Assembly (NCBI GenBank): GCA_963786325.1
Contig: CAWAYW010000019.1
Coordinates: 1,027 to 65,026 of the forward strand
Length of the DNA: 64,000 bases
Direction of reading: 5' to 3'
Origin: Terriglobia bacterium
GTDB taxonomy: Bacteria > Acidobacteriota > Terriglobia > Terriglobales > Acidobacteriaceae
Both the position numbers and the translations under genes were made by a program. The notes under the pieces are model-generated. The model was given only the letters and a program-made list of their open reading frames with translations, did no database searches and was not told the origin of the DNA. Below, piece after piece: positions 1 through 11,506 of this stretch; the stretch's first letter is position 1, and the number at the start of each line of letters is the position of its first letter.

Positions 1-333
1 GTAACCTCTTCCGAACCGAGTACGAACCATCTTTCCTCCCAGTTCGCTGTCTATACGTGAGATTCAGATCGCTCAAAGAGGTGACAGAGGGACAGAACGT
101 TCATCGTGTCTCGATGTGACTGGAGTTTCAGGCCGAGGACGCTCATAGCTACGTCCACAGTGTGAATTACCACAGCGATCAAGAGCGCCACCAGGCCCAG
201 CGTATTGGTCAGCAGGCCTCTCGATGAGTAATTTGGCTGAGGTACCAAAACAGCGGAGGATACAAGACAAGAGCAGTAATGAGGCCCGGACAATACACAC
301 CCGAGAACGCCGTCGCGCCCACATGGAACAAGC

Positions 334-2376
334 CTAAGCCCGCACTTTATCGCCTGCCCGATTAGCCTCCGGCAACGTCTCCACTTGCATTCGCGACACC
401 GGCCGGATCCCATGGACATCCTCAACGGTAGCGCGCAGCAATTCGGCGACACTCCATGCCTGCGCGATGCAACCGCCTGGTTGGTGAGGCGCATCGCCGC
501 CGCAGACTTCGGAAATATGACCTAGACCCGCATGCGAAAGGTGCTCCTTGAATGCACCCAGCCAAGTTTCCGCCTGTCGCCTCGCTAGCTCGCTGTTTCG
601 GTTCACCTTTATGTAAGCAGTGATGAACGGTCCCATCAGCCATGGCCAGACGGTTCCCTGATGGTAAGCACCATCGCGGCTTACAGGATCGCCTGTGTAG
701 CGGCCACGGTATTGAGGATCATTCGGTGCTAGGCTGCGCAGGCCGTAGGGAGTGAGCAGATACTGTTGCACGGTACGTACTACGAGCCCGGCTTTTTCTG
801 GACTGAGCATAGTATACGGAAGGCTGACAGCGAAGATCTGGTTGGGGCGGATGCTGGTGTCCGGTGGTCCCCCATTCACGACGTCATAGAGATAGTTATC
901 CTTTTCGTTCCACAGCAGGCGATTGAAGCTCCGTTTTGTGAGTGTGGCCATACCGCCATAGCGCTTGCGGGCAGGTTCATCATCGAGGTGCTGTGCGAGA
1001 TCCTCCATAATGCACAGCGCGTTGTACCACAGTGCTTGAATTTCGACAGGCTTGCCACGGCGCGGCGTAACCACCCAGTCGCCCACCTTCGCATCCATCC
1101 AGGTGAGTTGAACCCCGCGCTCCCCTGAACTAAGCAGCCCGCTGGGATCGACCTTGATTCCGAAGCGCGTGCCGCGCACATGCCAGGAAACGATGTCGGT
1201 TAGAACGCTATAAAGGTCATTCCGCACAAAGTCCAAGTCGCCGGTGTAGGCCAGATATGCGCGAACGGCCTCGAAAAACCAGAGGGTCGCATCGACCGTG
1301 TTGTACTCGGGCGTTTCGCCGGCATCGGGGAAGCGATTCGGCAACATTCCTCGATCCACGTGCTGAGCAAAGGTGCGCAGAATGCTGCGAGCAACGTCGT
1401 AGCGGTTGGTCGGTAGAGTGAGGCCGGGTAACGCGATCATGGTGTCGCGGCCCCAGTCGCTGAACCAGTGGTAACCGGCGATGACTGTCTTCTGTCCACC
1501 CCTCTCGACGATGAACTGGTCAGTAGCGGCGGTCAAGGTTTTGACAAATTCGTCCTCCACTGGTGCGCGCATCACATTGGCACGTCGCCGGGAGGTCTCG
1601 GATTGCCGATACTGAGCGGCATTCGCCGCGTTTCGCGGGTTAGTGGAGGCTATGACGGTTGCTTTTCTGCTGGAGCTAAGATCAAAGTGGAGCACAAGGG
1701 GATTAAAGAGGTCTTCCACAAAATCCAGGCCGCGTTCACGCTCGGCGTCGTACCCGAAATTGCGGTACCAGCCGCCTCCCTCCTCGAGTTGCTTGGCGTC
1801 GTGCGCGAGGTAAAGGGTCGGGAGTCCGGCATAGGGAGTGACGCTCGCCACTCCGGCGAGCACTTCGACCTTCGAGTTTAATGATCCGTTCTCGTGGGTC
1901 GTGCTGTGATAATCGCGAAACGCGATGAGGGGTCGGATCTCGAGGGCGATTCTGTCGGGCAGGAAGGTACCACGGTCCTTGATCTCGTATTGAATAACTG
2001 TCGTGCTCTCGCCCTGCACCATGAAGACGGTCTTCTCGATTTCCAGACCCTCCACTTCAAATGTAAAAACTGGGAAGGGGTCAAGGCGAAACTGCTTAAG
2101 GTACCGGAAGCCCTGTGGATGTACGACGCCGGGGTAACAGTTAGCCGAGAGATCGAAGGATCGGTCGCCTACCAACAGAGTCTCTTCAAGCTTCGATAAC
2201 AAAACGAAGCGCCCTACAGGCGGTTTGGTGGCCGCGACCAGTAGACCGTGATAGCGCCGAGTATTGATCCCGTTGATGGTAGAGGAGGCGAAGCCTCCGA
2301 GACCGTTGGTCTCGAGCCACTCGCGACTCAAGGCCGCTTCCAGGTTTCCGCATACGTCCTGACCAAAGCGAATCAT
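334..2376 (-). CDS. Glycogen debranching enzyme family protein (amylo-alpha-1,6-glucosidase; GDE_N + GDE_C)
   Basis: 680-aa ORF. It carries N-terminal LETNGLGGFASSTINGINTRRYHGLL and central GYHWFSDWGRDTMIALPGL, which I recognise as signatures of archaeal-type debranching enzymes. It is the last gene of a tightly packed minus-strand operon. Confidence 0.85.
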   Translation of the reverse strand: MIRFGQDVCGNLEAALSREWLETNGLGGFASSTINGINTRRYHGLLVAATKPPVGRFVLLSKLEETLLVGDRSFDLSANCYPGVVHPQGFRYLKQFRLDPFPVFTFEVEGLEIEKTVFMVQGESTTVIQYEIKDRGTFLPDRIALEIRPLIAFRDYHSTTHENGSLNSKVEVLAGVASVTPYAGLPTLYLAHDAKQLEEGGGWYRNFGYDAERERGLDFVEDLFNPLVLHFDLSSSRKATVIASTNPRNAANAAQYRQSETSRRRANVMRAPVEDEFVKTLTAATDQFIVERGGQKTVIAGYHWFSDWGRDTMIALPGLTLPTNRYDVARSILRTFAQHVDRGMLPNRFPDAGETPEYNTVDATLWFFEAVRAYLAYTGDLDFVRNDLYSVLTDIVSWHVRGTRFGIKVDPSGLLSSGERGVQLTWMDAKVGDWVVTPRRGKPVEIQALWYNALCIMEDLAQHLDDEPARKRYGGMATLTKRSFNRLLWNEKDNYLYDVVNGGPPDTSIRPNQIFAVSLPYTMLSPEKAGLVVRTVQQYLLTPYGLRSLAPNDPQYRGRYTGDPVSRDGAYHQGTVWPWLMGPFITAYIKVNRNSELARRQAETWLGAFKEHLSHAGLGHISEVCGGDAPHQPGGCIAQAWSVAELLRATVEDVHGIRPVSRMQVETLPEANRAGDKVRA

Positions 2377-2388
2377 GGCATGTTCTTC

Positions 2389-3741
2389 CTACGAACCGAT
2401 CTGCGCGACATTTGCTGATACTGCCACGGGCGGTGCTTCGATATCGTCAATTGTGTGCGAAACAGTTGGGGCCCGGAAGGTCTGGAACTGGACGAGATCT
2501 TTCGTAAATAGCAAGTCCAAAGTCCAGTCCAGCGCGACACGAAGCTTCTTCTCGAACCTGGGCAGTTTGCTTAGATAGATCGTTCGCCACAACCACCACG
2601 CAACAAACCCAGAGAAATTGATTCCGAGAATGTTGGCTACACCAGTGCGCCTGCCGATGGCTGCCAATTGGCCAATGGTCGAAAAGGAGAACGGTTTCAT
2701 GACACCGCCGCGCACAGACGCAATCAGGTTCTTCGCGAGCACTTTGCCTTCGCGCAGCGCGTGCTGGGCGGTTGGAGGATGATACTGACCCGTCTTCCCA
2801 TCCGGAACGAGCGCGCAGTCACCCAACGCCCAAACTCCGGGCCGATCCGGTACCCGCAGCATCTCGTCCACCTTCAATCGGCCACGTTCTTTGCCACACG
2901 GAAGACTGTTGAGGGCAGGGTTAGGAGACGTACCGGCTGTCCAGATCAGGGCCTTCGTTTCAATCATCTCGCCTGTGCTGAGCTGGACACCACGATCGGA
3001 AACGGCGGAAACGCTGGTGTTCACTCGGATCTCCACGCCACGTTCGGCGAGTTTCTTCTGCGTATATAGTCCCAATTTCTCGCCCAATTCGGGCAAGATC
3101 ACGCCGCCGGGATGAACCAGAAAAACCTTCAGCATGTTTTCGCGGAGATTGGAGTAGAAGCGGACGGCCTCACGCATGAAGTCGTTGATTCCCGCGATAG
3201 TCTCGACACCGGCAAATCCGCCGCCCGCCACAACGAAAGTAAGCAGCGGACCGCGGACATTGGCGCAACACTCGCTATCGGCTTCTTCCAGGAGAGAGAT
3301 CAGGCGGTTCCGAAGATGGATGGCATCGCCCAGCGATTTCATCGTTAGTGCCCGCTCCTGAAGGCCGGGCAGATTGTAAAAATTCGTGATCGAGCCAAGC
3401 CCGATCACCAGATGGTCATAATTCAGCTCATGGTGATGATGGTCGAAGCCATGCGAGACCTTCACGCGCTTCCGGTCGAGATCGATAGACTCGACTTCTC
3501 CCGCAAAAAAGTTCACCCGCTTGAGAAGTTTGCGGATCGGGTTGACGATGTTCGTCAGATCAAGATCACTGGCTGCGACTTCGTGCAACATGGGGGTGAA
3601 CAAAAAGAAATTGTCGCGGTTCACCAGGGTAATCTCAATATCCGGATCGCGAGCCAGAGTTTGGTCCAAGTGCATGGCTGCGTGTAGACCAGCGAAGCCA
3701 CCGCCGAGAATCACAATACGAATTTTCTTCTGTGCACTCAT
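2389..3741 (-). CDS. Type II NADH dehydrogenase-like FAD/NAD(P) oxidoreductase (NDH-2 family)
   Basis: 450 aa with two dinucleotide-binding motifs (IVILGGGFAGL, FVVAGGGFAGVE) and ALGDCA. There is a hydrophobic C-terminal stretch. The gap to the downstream gene is 12 nt. Confidence 0.85.
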   Translation of the reverse strand: MSAQKKIRIVILGGGFAGLHAAMHLDQTLARDPDIEITLVNRDNFFLFTPMLHEVAASDLDLTNIVNPIRKLLKRVNFFAGEVESIDLDRKRVKVSHGFDHHHHELNYDHLVIGLGSITNFYNLPGLQERALTMKSLGDAIHLRNRLISLLEEADSECCANVRGPLLTFVVAGGGFAGVETIAGINDFMREAVRFYSNLRENMLKVFLVHPGGVILPELGEKLGLYTQKKLAERGVEIRVNTSVSAVSDRGVQLSTGEMIETKALIWTAGTSPNPALNSLPCGKERGRLKVDEMLRVPDRPGVWALGDCALVPDGKTGQYHPPTAQHALREGKVLAKNLIASVRGGVMKPFSFSTIGQLAAIGRRTGVANILGINFSGFVAWWLWRTIYLSKLPRFEKKLRVALDWTLDLLFTKDLVQFQTFRAPTVSHTIDDIEAPPVAVSANVAQIGS

Positions 3742-3780
3742 AACTGCGCTCCAGCGACTGGATACTGACGATCGAGGCGA

Positions 3781-4884
3781 TTAGATGTCCGCGACCTCGC
3801 AGAACACTTTGATCGAACCATTCGAGGTGGTCAGCTTCTTGAAGAGGTCGGTGTAATTCTCGAGGCCGCGCACAGGATCGGTCAGCAACCGGTTCAGCCA
3901 ACTAGGATATTCGGCTTCGGCCTGAGCCATGTCGCGCACGCCCATCTCGAAGTATTCGCGATTGGCGTTCACAGTGCCCACCATCACTTTGTTTCCGAGG
4001 ACAAACTCCAGATTGATTCGGTCAGCCGGAACCTGGATCATGCGATCGCCACCCGTCACGCTGGAAAGTACCAGAACGCCATTCTTGCCAAGGGCTTGCA
4101 TGCTGTCGAAGACGACACCGGAGTTGCCGGTTGCTTCGAAGATCAAATCAAACGGCCCGAATTTCTTCCCGCCTTCCAGAATCGGTAGTTCCTGGGTTAT
4201 GAGATATCGCGCCCCTAGCGCTTCGATCAATTCCGCGTTCAGATTGGGCTTGGGATTACGGGCAAACGTGGTCACATCCAGACCACGCAGACGCAACACC
4301 ATCGTGGCGAGCAAACCAATCGTACCGGCGCCCATGACCGCCGCTTTGCGCGGCCGCCAGACTTTGAGCCGGCGCTGGATCTCGTACGCCTGGTGGATTC
4401 CTTTTTCCACCACAGTAGTGGGTTCCAACAGCACGCCGACATGTTTGAGGCCCTTTGGCACTTTGACAATGAATTCGACGTCATCGACGTAGTGCTCCGT
4501 CAAATATCCGTGGCGCAGGTTGATGCCGCGTTCGTAGTAGGTGTCGTCGGTGGTCATGTCATTCGTGCCGATCAGGTCATAGATACTGTTGCCCGGCCGG
4601 CGCACAGTGGCCACTACGTAGTCGCCGGGTTTCACCTCGGTTACATTCGGCCCAACCCCTTCCACTTGGCCGAAGCCCTCGTGGCCGATGACCAGGAAGT
4701 CATATCCGGGAGGCGCCGCGCCGTACTCGGCGGCGTTGATCTCTTTGTCGGTTCCGTCCACCCCAACCCGTAGAACCTTGACTAGCACGCCACGGCCGTT
4801 TGGGACCTGATCCAGAGAGGGCTTGGGCAAGTCCGCCACGTGGACGCTGTTGGGTTTTCCTGGGAATACACTGATCGCTTTCAT
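3781..4884 (-). CDS. Zinc-dependent glucose 1-dehydrogenase-like medium-chain dehydrogenase
   Basis: 367 aa with the GHEGFGQV zinc-MDR motif and a [10 protein letters not shown] Rossmann motif. The overall layout resembles archaeal-type glucose dehydrogenases. Confidence 0.7.
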   Translation of the reverse strand: MKAISVFPGKPNSVHVADLPKPSLDQVPNGRGVLVKVLRVGVDGTDKEINAAEYGAAPPGYDFLVIGHEGFGQVEGVGPNVTEVKPGDYVVATVRRPGNSIYDLIGTNDMTTDDTYYERGINLRHGYLTEHYVDDVEFIVKVPKGLKHVGVLLEPTTVVEKGIHQAYEIQRRLKVWRPRKAAVMGAGTIGLLATMVLRLRGLDVTTFARNPKPNLNAELIEALGARYLITQELPILEGGKKFGPFDLIFEATGNSGVVFDSMQALGKNGVLVLSSVTGGDRMIQVPADRINLEFVLGNKVMVGTVNANREYFEMGVRDMAQAEAEYPSWLNRLLTDPVRGLENYTDLFKKLTTSNGSIKVFCEVADI

Positions 4885-4906
4885 TTCTATTCCTCCCTAA
4901 CAATTT

Positions 4907-7609
4907 TCAGTCTGCAGCTACCTCGGCAACCGCTGGTTCTGCTTTCTTTCGTCCGCGAGATCGTTCGCGGGACTCTCCGCTCTGTTGCATTAATTTGGTG
5001 ACCACACCCGTCCATCCGGTCTGATGACTGGCGCCTACTCCGGCTCCCGAGTCACCATGGAAATACTCGTGGAAGAGGACTAGGTCACGCCAGTGTGGGT
5101 CGGTCTGAAACTTTTCGAGATTCCCGAAGACCGGTCGGCGACCCTTCCCATCTTGAAGAAATATGTTCGTCATGCGGCGCGACAATTCTCCTGCTACTTC
5201 CCACAGGGTCATCATCCTTCCCGAGCCGGTTGGGAACTCAACTTTGAAGTTGTCGCCCAGGTAGTGATGAAACTTCTGGAGTGACTCGACCAGCAAATAA
5301 TTCACTGGGAACCAGATCGGACCGCGCCAATTGGAATTGCCCCCGAACAGTCTGGTCGAGGATTCGCCCGGCTCATAGTCGACCCGGTGCTCCATGCCTT
5401 GCGCAGTAAGTTTGTATGGATTGTCTCGGTGGAATTGTGACAGGGCACGAATGCCATACGGCGACAGGAACTCGCGTTCGTCCAACATGAACTTTAGAAT
5501 ACTGCGCAACTGGTTCTGGTCCGCGATGGACAGCAATCTGCGTTCGCCCATCCCCTCGGTCCGCATGCAAGCCAAGTTTGCCGTCAGATCGGGACGGTTG
5601 TCGATGAACCATTCCAGACGTTTCTTGAAATCTGGCAGCTTGTTGAGAACATCCGGTTCCAGGGTTTCCACTGCGAACAATGGGATCAATCCCACCATCG
5701 AGCGGATCTTCATGGGGAACTGGTTGCCGTCCGGCAGCTTGAGAACGTCATAAAAGAAGCCATCTTCCTCGTTCCATAACCCCATACTGTCGTGGCCACG
5801 ATGGCTCATAGCGTGGGCGATATAGATGAAGTGCTCCCAGAACTTGCTGGCGACATCCTCGTAGCACGGCTCTTCTGTTGCCAGTTCCAGAGCGATGGCC
5901 AGGAGGTTCAACGTATACATTGCCATCCAACTGGTTCCGTCAGATTGTTCGATATAGCCGCCTGTGGGCAACGGCGCGCTGCGGTCAAAGACGCCGATGT
6001 TGTCCAAGCCGAGAAAACCGCCCTGAAAAATGTTCATGCCGTCGGCATCTTTGCGATTCACCCACCAGGTGAAGTTCAGCATCAGCTTGTGAAAGACACG
6101 CTGCAGAAATGCGCGATCGCCTTTTCCCTTACGCTTCTTGTCGATCTTGTAAACCCGCCACGTCGCCCAGGCATGTACCGGAGGATTGACGTCACCGAAC
6201 GCCCACTCATAGGCGGGAATCTGTCCGTTGGGGTGCATGTACCACTCGCGCAGCATCAGCGTGAGCTGTTCCTTGGCGAAGTCAGAATCCACGAGTGCGA
6301 GCGGAATGCAGTGAAACGCTAGGTCCCAAGCGGCATACCACGGGTATTCCCACTTGTCAGGCATGGAGATAACGTCCGCGTTATACAAGTGGGTCCACTC
6401 GTGATTCCGACCCTTGCGGCGCTCGGCGGGCGGGGGAGGATTGCCCGGATCGCCTTGCAGCCAATCCTTAATTACGTAGTGATAGAACTGCTTGGACCAC
6501 AACATGCCGGCAAAGCCCTGACGCATCACATTCTGCGCATCCGCCGAAAGGTCTTGCGGAATGACATTGGCATAGAACTCATCGGCTTCGTGGCGACGAA
6601 GAGCAAAAGTCTTATCGAAATTGGCAAAGGCGTTCTTGCCTTTGAAGTCTGAATTACAAAGCCGCAAGCGGATGACTTTGCTTTCTCCGGCGGCGACGGT
6701 TAACGGATAGTCCGCTGCCGCTTTAGTGCCGGTGTGCGCCGGGTTCACGGCATCCTTTGTGCCGTGTACGACGTAGTCGTTGATGCCATCCTTAACGTAA
6801 AGCGTCCGATTCTCGACTCCGAAAAGCCGTTTGGCATTGGTCTCGTTCTCGGTGAAGAGCAGTTCCGGAGAGCCTTCGCAATGCAGCCAACGATTGCCGG
6901 GCTGATCGTGATTCAATTCGACGACTGGATTAGGCGCAGGCCTGGCCTCGTGCAACTCCGGCCGCTTTTCACGTCCGCCCCAAGACCATGTGTTGCGAAA
7001 CCATACGGTCGGCAGCAGCCGAAGATTGGCGGCTTCGGGGCCGCGGTTTGCGATTGTGATCTTGATCAGGATGTCTTCGGTGTCGGCTTTTGCATATTCC
7101 ACGAAGACATCGAAGTAACGATTGTCGTTGAACACTCCAGTGTCGAGTAGTTCAAACTCCGCCTGGTTCTTTCCCCGCCGCCGGTTTTCTTCGACCAACT
7201 GACCGTAAGGGAATTCCGCCTGGGGGTACTTGTAGAGGTACTTCATGTACGAGTGCGTAGGTGTCGAGTCGAGGTAGAAGTAGTATTCCTTTACGTCCTC
7301 GCCGTGATTGCCCTCGTTGCCCGTCAAGCCGAAAATCCGTTCCTTCAAGATCGGATCGCGCTCGTTCCACAAAGCCAAGGCAAAACAGATCGTCTGTTTC
7401 CGGTCGCTTATGCCGGCCAATCCGTCTTCATTCCAGCGATATGCGCGTGAACGGGCGTGATCATGAGAGAGGTGCTCCCATGCGTTTCCGTATGGGCTAT
7501 AGTCTTCGCGCACCGTTCCCCAGGCACGTTCACTGAGATAGGGCCCCCAGCGCTTCCAGTGTTTCTGACGCTCTCCAGATTCTGACAGTCGGATCTCTTC
7601 CTGTGTCAT
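4907..7609 (-). CDS. GH63 / MGH1-like glycoside hydrolase (glucosidase or mannosylglycerate-hydrolase type)
   Basis: The ORF track gives 4907-7651. The likely start is Met15 (MTQEEIRL, nt 7609). [18 protein letters not shown] and the (alpha/alpha)6 C-terminal half are typical of the bacterial GH63 family. Confidence 0.8.
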   Translation of the reverse strand: MTQEEIRLSESGERQKHWKRWGPYLSERAWGTVREDYSPYGNAWEHLSHDHARSRAYRWNEDGLAGISDRKQTICFALALWNERDPILKERIFGLTGNEGNHGEDVKEYYFYLDSTPTHSYMKYLYKYPQAEFPYGQLVEENRRRGKNQAEFELLDTGVFNDNRYFDVFVEYAKADTEDILIKITIANRGPEAANLRLLPTVWFRNTWSWGGREKRPELHEARPAPNPVVELNHDQPGNRWLHCEGSPELLFTENETNAKRLFGVENRTLYVKDGINDYVVHGTKDAVNPAHTGTKAAADYPLTVAAGESKVIRLRLCNSDFKGKNAFANFDKTFALRRHEADEFYANVIPQDLSADAQNVMRQGFAGMLWSKQFYHYVIKDWLQGDPGNPPPPAERRKGRNHEWTHLYNADVISMPDKWEYPWYAAWDLAFHCIPLALVDSDFAKEQLTLMLREWYMHPNGQIPAYEWAFGDVNPPVHAWATWRVYKIDKKRKGKGDRAFLQRVFHKLMLNFTWWVNRKDADGMNIFQGGFLGLDNIGVFDRSAPLPTGGYIEQSDGTSWMAMYTLNLLAIALELATEEPCYEDVASKFWEHFIYIAHAMSHRGHDSMGLWNEEDGFFYDVLKLPDGNQFPMKIRSMVGLIPLFAVETLEPDVLNKLPDFKKRLEWFIDNRPDLTANLACMRTEGMGERRLLSIADQNQLRSILKFMLDEREFLSPYGIRALSQFHRDNPYKLTAQGMEHRVDYEPGESSTRLFGGNSNWRGPIWFPVNYLLVESLQKFHHYLGDNFKVEFPTGSGRMMTLWEVAGELSRRMTNIFLQDGKGRRPVFGNLEKFQTDPHWRDLVLFHEYFHGDSGAGVGASHQTGWTGVVTKLMQQSGESRERSRGRKKAEPAVAEVAAD

Positions 7610-7829
7610 GAGAACTCTCCGCTTCCTTCGCGAATCACTTTGAGCAAACAAGCAAACTCATCTGAAAGGTGTAAATCACCGCGCTGGGAGCTGAGCCCAG
7701 TATCGTTCACGGGATCGTCGATGCTTGGATCGGCCACCGACAATCTGGACGGTCCAGCGTACGCGATATCCAAGTGCCGGTCCGTTCTGAACACTGCGCG
7801 TTGGAAGTTGCTTGCACTCACATCTCCTC

Positions 7830-8885
7830 CTACTTCTCCTCAATTTCGATTGCGTGGCCATCGGGATCACGCACTAGAAATGCCTTTTTGAATCCCAGCT
7901 GTCCGGTTTGATTCGCAACCACGCCAGAAGAGACAAAGTTCACCCTGCTGGTGTGCAATTGGCGAGCTGCGCCATCGGCGCTTGGGGCCCATAGAATCGT
8001 CTGCCGGTGAACCACGTCGCTGGCCTGTTCGTCCGATGGGAAAGGCCGTCCGTCCCGAGGAGCCAGATATTCCAGCAATTCAATCCCCGGTCCGTTTGCG
8101 CTACGCAATGCTGTGATCCGGAGATGTGCGCCAAATACGTTGTTCAGGTGTTCCTGCTCGGTCCCGTAGTTCTCGCTCTCACCCGCCACGCGCATTCCCA
8201 GCAGGTCGCGATAGAACTTGACGCTGGCATCGGTGTCCCACACTACGATTGCGGTATGGTCGATACCGAGAAACAGCTTATCCGTTGGACGGTGCCACTT
8301 CTCCAGGCCCTTGTCGGGTGGAAATTGCAACACCTCAACCGGGTGCTCATCTGGATCCTTAAAGTAGAACGCCGAGATGCCCGCCGCGTTCTTGTTCCAG
8401 TCTGGAAGCCGCTGTGGTCCTGACGAAGCATGTTCCACCTTGTTCTGCCGCAGCCGGGCATACGCCTTGTCCATGTCGCTAACAATGATGGCGATGTGCT
8501 GGAACCAGCGATCATTGCTGCGCGAATCCACTGGAATAGGGCGACCCTTGGGCGCGAGATATTCCGTCAGCTCGATGGACTCGTCCCCAAGCCGCATTCT
8601 CACCACGCGCATTCGCAATCCGAACACGCCTTGGAGATGCTCGTAGTTCTCACCAGCAACTTCGGCGTCCGATATCTTCTCGAACGTGAGCACCTTGGAA
8701 TAGAAATCCACCGCTCGGTCCATATCGGAGACCGTGATTCCGATCGCGTCTACACCACCAACCAGAGCTGGGCTCTGTTGGCCCAAGGCCTGTTGCGTGA
8801 ACTGGGGAACAGCCAGTACCAGTGACAGCACCCAGACTAGTGACACACTCTGGCGATGGCGATTTGATCGAAGAAACGGCTTCAT
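7830..8885 (-). CDS. Secreted tandem VOC (glyoxalase/bleomycin-resistance/dioxygenase fold) protein
   Basis: 351 aa with an N-terminal signal peptide (SLVWVLSLVLAVPQFTQQALG). Two internally repeated VOC-like halves are visible (GVDAIGITVSDMDRAVDFY and GIDHTAIVVWDTDASVKFY). Confidence 0.7.
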   Translation of the reverse strand: MKPFLRSNRHRQSVSLVWVLSLVLAVPQFTQQALGQQSPALVGGVDAIGITVSDMDRAVDFYSKVLTFEKISDAEVAGENYEHLQGVFGLRMRVVRMRLGDESIELTEYLAPKGRPIPVDSRSNDRWFQHIAIIVSDMDKAYARLRQNKVEHASSGPQRLPDWNKNAAGISAFYFKDPDEHPVEVLQFPPDKGLEKWHRPTDKLFLGIDHTAIVVWDTDASVKFYRDLLGMRVAGESENYGTEQEHLNNVFGAHLRITALRSANGPGIELLEYLAPRDGRPFPSDEQASDVVHRQTILWAPSADGAARQLHTSRVNFVSSGVVANQTGQLGFKKAFLVRDPDGHAIEIEEK

Positions 8886-8892
8886 ATCTCGA

Positions 8893-10518
8893 CTACCTGC
8901 TCAGCGCAAGTTCGCGGTCTTGCTGCCGATTTTGTTCGCAAGCTATGTCGGACACACCCAGGCGTTTCATCAAATGGTCGCCCACCCGAAGCGCATTGGC
9001 CATGATGGTGAGCGCGGGATTGACAGCTGCGCTCGACGGGAAGAAGCTCCCGTCCACAACGTAGAGGTTATCGACGTCATGGGCTTTACAGTTCACGTCC
9101 AGGGCCGATGTTTTCGGGTCATGTCCAAAGCGAATCGTGCCGTTCTGGTGGGCTACACCAGCGAGCGGAATTCGCTGTCCGACGTACAGATTTCGGCCAA
9201 ACAGCCCTTGATGACAATCATGGCCATGCATCGCGCAGTTCGTCTGCTTCATTGCTTGCTTCAGCTTGCCCTGAAGCCTTTCATGCGCCTCTAGGTTATT
9301 CGGCGTGTATGTGAGAACGATCTTGCCGTCACGGCCGATGGTGACTCGATTGTTCGGATCGGGAAGATCCTCGGAGGTGAGCCAAAAGTCCAACGAGTGC
9401 TTTGCCATCAGCTCCAGACTGAAATTCGGAGCAATCGCCGGTGCGCCAGCCTTCAGCGTAATTGCGTCCAGTTTGCCCACGAACGAGATGTGTCCCATGG
9501 GATACTCGAAGTCTTTCGAGCCGAAGTAAAAGTCGTTGACGCCGAGCGTCTTTTGAAAAATCGTAGGGTTGGGACATTTTGAGATGGCCATCATCACCGA
9601 ATTTGTATGTCCCATGTAATGGCGGCCCACGATGTCGGAGCTGTTGGCCAACCCGCGTGGATGCTTGTCATTGGCGGAATGCAGCAGCAGCGCGGCCGAG
9701 TTGATCGCGCCACAGGAGACAACAACGACATCCGCGGAATATATCTCCACGCTGCCGTTGCGTTCCACAACGACATTTTTCACCTCGCGACCTGTTGAAC
9801 CTGTTTCCAATCGCTTCACCAGCGAGTTCGTTAGCAGGGTGACATTGGGGTGCTTGATCGCCTCATCGATGCACACAACTTGCGCGTCCGACTTTGCGCT
9901 CACCAGACAGGCAAAGCCGTCGCAGGTGTTGCAGCGGATGCAGCGGCTCTTGTGCGGGTTCTTCTCGTCGAGCATCACGCCGACCGGTACGTGGAAGGGC
10001 TTCAGACCTGAACGTGCGAAGTCGTCGGACAGTTGCTGAATACGTGGCTCATGGCTGACCGCGGGCCAGGGATAAGCGGAGTTAGCCGGCGGTTCGGTGG
10101 GATCTTCTCCGCGGTTTCCGTGTACCTGATAGAGATTCTCGGCCTGGGTGTAATACGGCTCCAGATCGTCATAGCTGATCGGCCACGCGGGCGAGATGCC
10201 GCCGTGATGGCGCAGTTCGCCGAAATCGTCTTTGCGCAGGCGGAATAGCGCAGCGCCGTAAAACTTGGTATTGCCTCCGACATAGTAGTTCGTGTGCGGG
10301 TGCAGGTCCTTGCCATCTTTGTCGAGCCAGGACTCTTTCGTGTTGTAGTGCCCGTCCACATTGACAACCTTTGGATCCCAGTTCGCCTTTTCGCGTGGAA
10401 CATAGTCACCGCGCTCGAGAATTAGGATCCGCTTTCCGGACGGCGCGAGATGATAGGCAAGCGTTCCGCCGCCTGCGCCGGTCCCGATGATGATCACGTC
10501 ATAGAGATTGCCCGTCAT
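8893..10518 (-). CDS. GMC family FAD-dependent oxidoreductase
   Basis: The likely start is Met10 of the tracked ORF (MTGNLYDVIIIGTGAGGGTLA, an FAD-binding motif). The C-terminal NLYVVDGSFFPSSAAVNPALTIMANALR is the GMC_oxred_C signature. Its ATG overlaps the upstream stop (ATGA). Confidence 0.85.
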   Translation of the reverse strand: MTGNLYDVIIIGTGAGGGTLAYHLAPSGKRILILERGDYVPREKANWDPKVVNVDGHYNTKESWLDKDGKDLHPHTNYYVGGNTKFYGAALFRLRKDDFGELRHHGGISPAWPISYDDLEPYYTQAENLYQVHGNRGEDPTEPPANSAYPWPAVSHEPRIQQLSDDFARSGLKPFHVPVGVMLDEKNPHKSRCIRCNTCDGFACLVSAKSDAQVVCIDEAIKHPNVTLLTNSLVKRLETGSTGREVKNVVVERNGSVEIYSADVVVVSCGAINSAALLLHSANDKHPRGLANSSDIVGRHYMGHTNSVMMAISKCPNPTIFQKTLGVNDFYFGSKDFEYPMGHISFVGKLDAITLKAGAPAIAPNFSLELMAKHSLDFWLTSEDLPDPNNRVTIGRDGKIVLTYTPNNLEAHERLQGKLKQAMKQTNCAMHGHDCHQGLFGRNLYVGQRIPLAGVAHQNGTIRFGHDPKTSALDVNCKAHDVDNLYVVDGSFFPSSAAVNPALTIMANALRVGDHLMKRLGVSDIACEQNRQQDRELALSR

Positions 10519-11405
10519 GATGCGAATCCTCCATTTGCTCCGCAAAATATGCAGCGCTTGTCATTGTTGTGGTGCAGCTTGCAGCACTTCACAGCCACCC
10601 GCCCTTTACGCCAGAGATAGAGTTCGGCAGCCGCAAGCATTCCGAGAGGCGGAGCGGTGAGATAGATCCATAGGCCGCTCCACACTTCTGCAGAAAAACC
10701 GGACCCGAAAGTCCTCGCCGGATTCATGCTCATTCCGGAAAACGGCGCCTCCAGAGTGATGTACGTTGCGACCAGCAGGCCGGCAAACAATCCCGTGTAG
10801 CGGTCGAGCCGGTGGTGATTTGAAAAATAGAGAACGGCGGACATCAACCCGAACGCAATAGCGAACTCAGCGAGCAGCGCAGCCCATGGTCCATCCGGTC
10901 CCGGCACTGTGACCACGTACCGGACCGACGGATCGGCCAGTTGTTTTCCCAGAAAGAGAGCGACGACCACAACCCCAAGCGCTGCCCCAGTGAATTGCGA
11001 TCCTATATAGAAGATGGCGTCCCAGGATCTAATTTTTCCAAGACGAAAGAACGTGAAGGTCACCGAGGGATTGATGTGCGCTCCCGACTGCTTGCCCCAG
11101 GGTGAATAAATAATGGCGATCGCTGTTAGGCCCATCGACGTGCCCATAAGGAGGCGCCGCAATAAAACGGACGTAATCGCCTGGCGCACAGGCGAGCCAG
11201 GAAACTCGTAGATCGCTCCAAATACGCATGCCGAAACCATGAAAGCACCGAGCAGGCCAGCTTCCATCAGATATTCAGGCCAGTGAACGCGAAGTGATCC
11301 AAATGCGCCCAGTTTGGGCGCTTCGACAGATGCTGCGGCGGACGGGTGGAATTCTTTCACCAGGTTCGGCGTGTCCGCTAACAGGTTTTGCTCGGTGCTC
11401 TTCAT
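10515..11405 (-). CDS. MIP/aquaporin family channel with a Cys/His-rich C-terminal tail
   Basis: Contains the two half-helix motifs HINPSVTF (NPS) and MNPARTF (NPA). The likely start is Met62 (MKSTEQ) of ORF 10515-11588. The tail is KCCKLHHNNDKRCIFCG. Confidence 0.8.
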   Translation of the reverse strand: MKSTEQNLLADTPNLVKEFHPSAAASVEAPKLGAFGSLRVHWPEYLMEAGLLGAFMVSACVFGAIYEFPGSPVRQAITSVLLRRLLMGTSMGLTAIAIIYSPWGKQSGAHINPSVTFTFFRLGKIRSWDAIFYIGSQFTGAALGVVVVALFLGKQLADPSVRYVVTVPGPDGPWAALLAEFAIAFGLMSAVLYFSNHHRLDRYTGLFAGLLVATYITLEAPFSGMSMNPARTFGSGFSAEVWSGLWIYLTAPPLGMLAAAELYLWRKGRVAVKCCKLHHNNDKRCIFCGANGGFAS

Positions 11406-11506
11406 GATCTGGACGTGTGATTCCACTGCTCTGCAGAAGTGACAGGAAAAGAGATCGGCCCCGGTCGCGATTGATCCTATGCCGGTTCGTGCCACGGATT
11501 GATCAA

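Noticed and set aside
51-494. 147-aa and 83-aa minus-strand ORFs at the window start
   Set aside because: They overlap the 3' end of the debranching-enzyme gene and have Cys/Arg-rich nonsense composition. A hydrophobic stretch near the C-terminus is not enough to call a gene.
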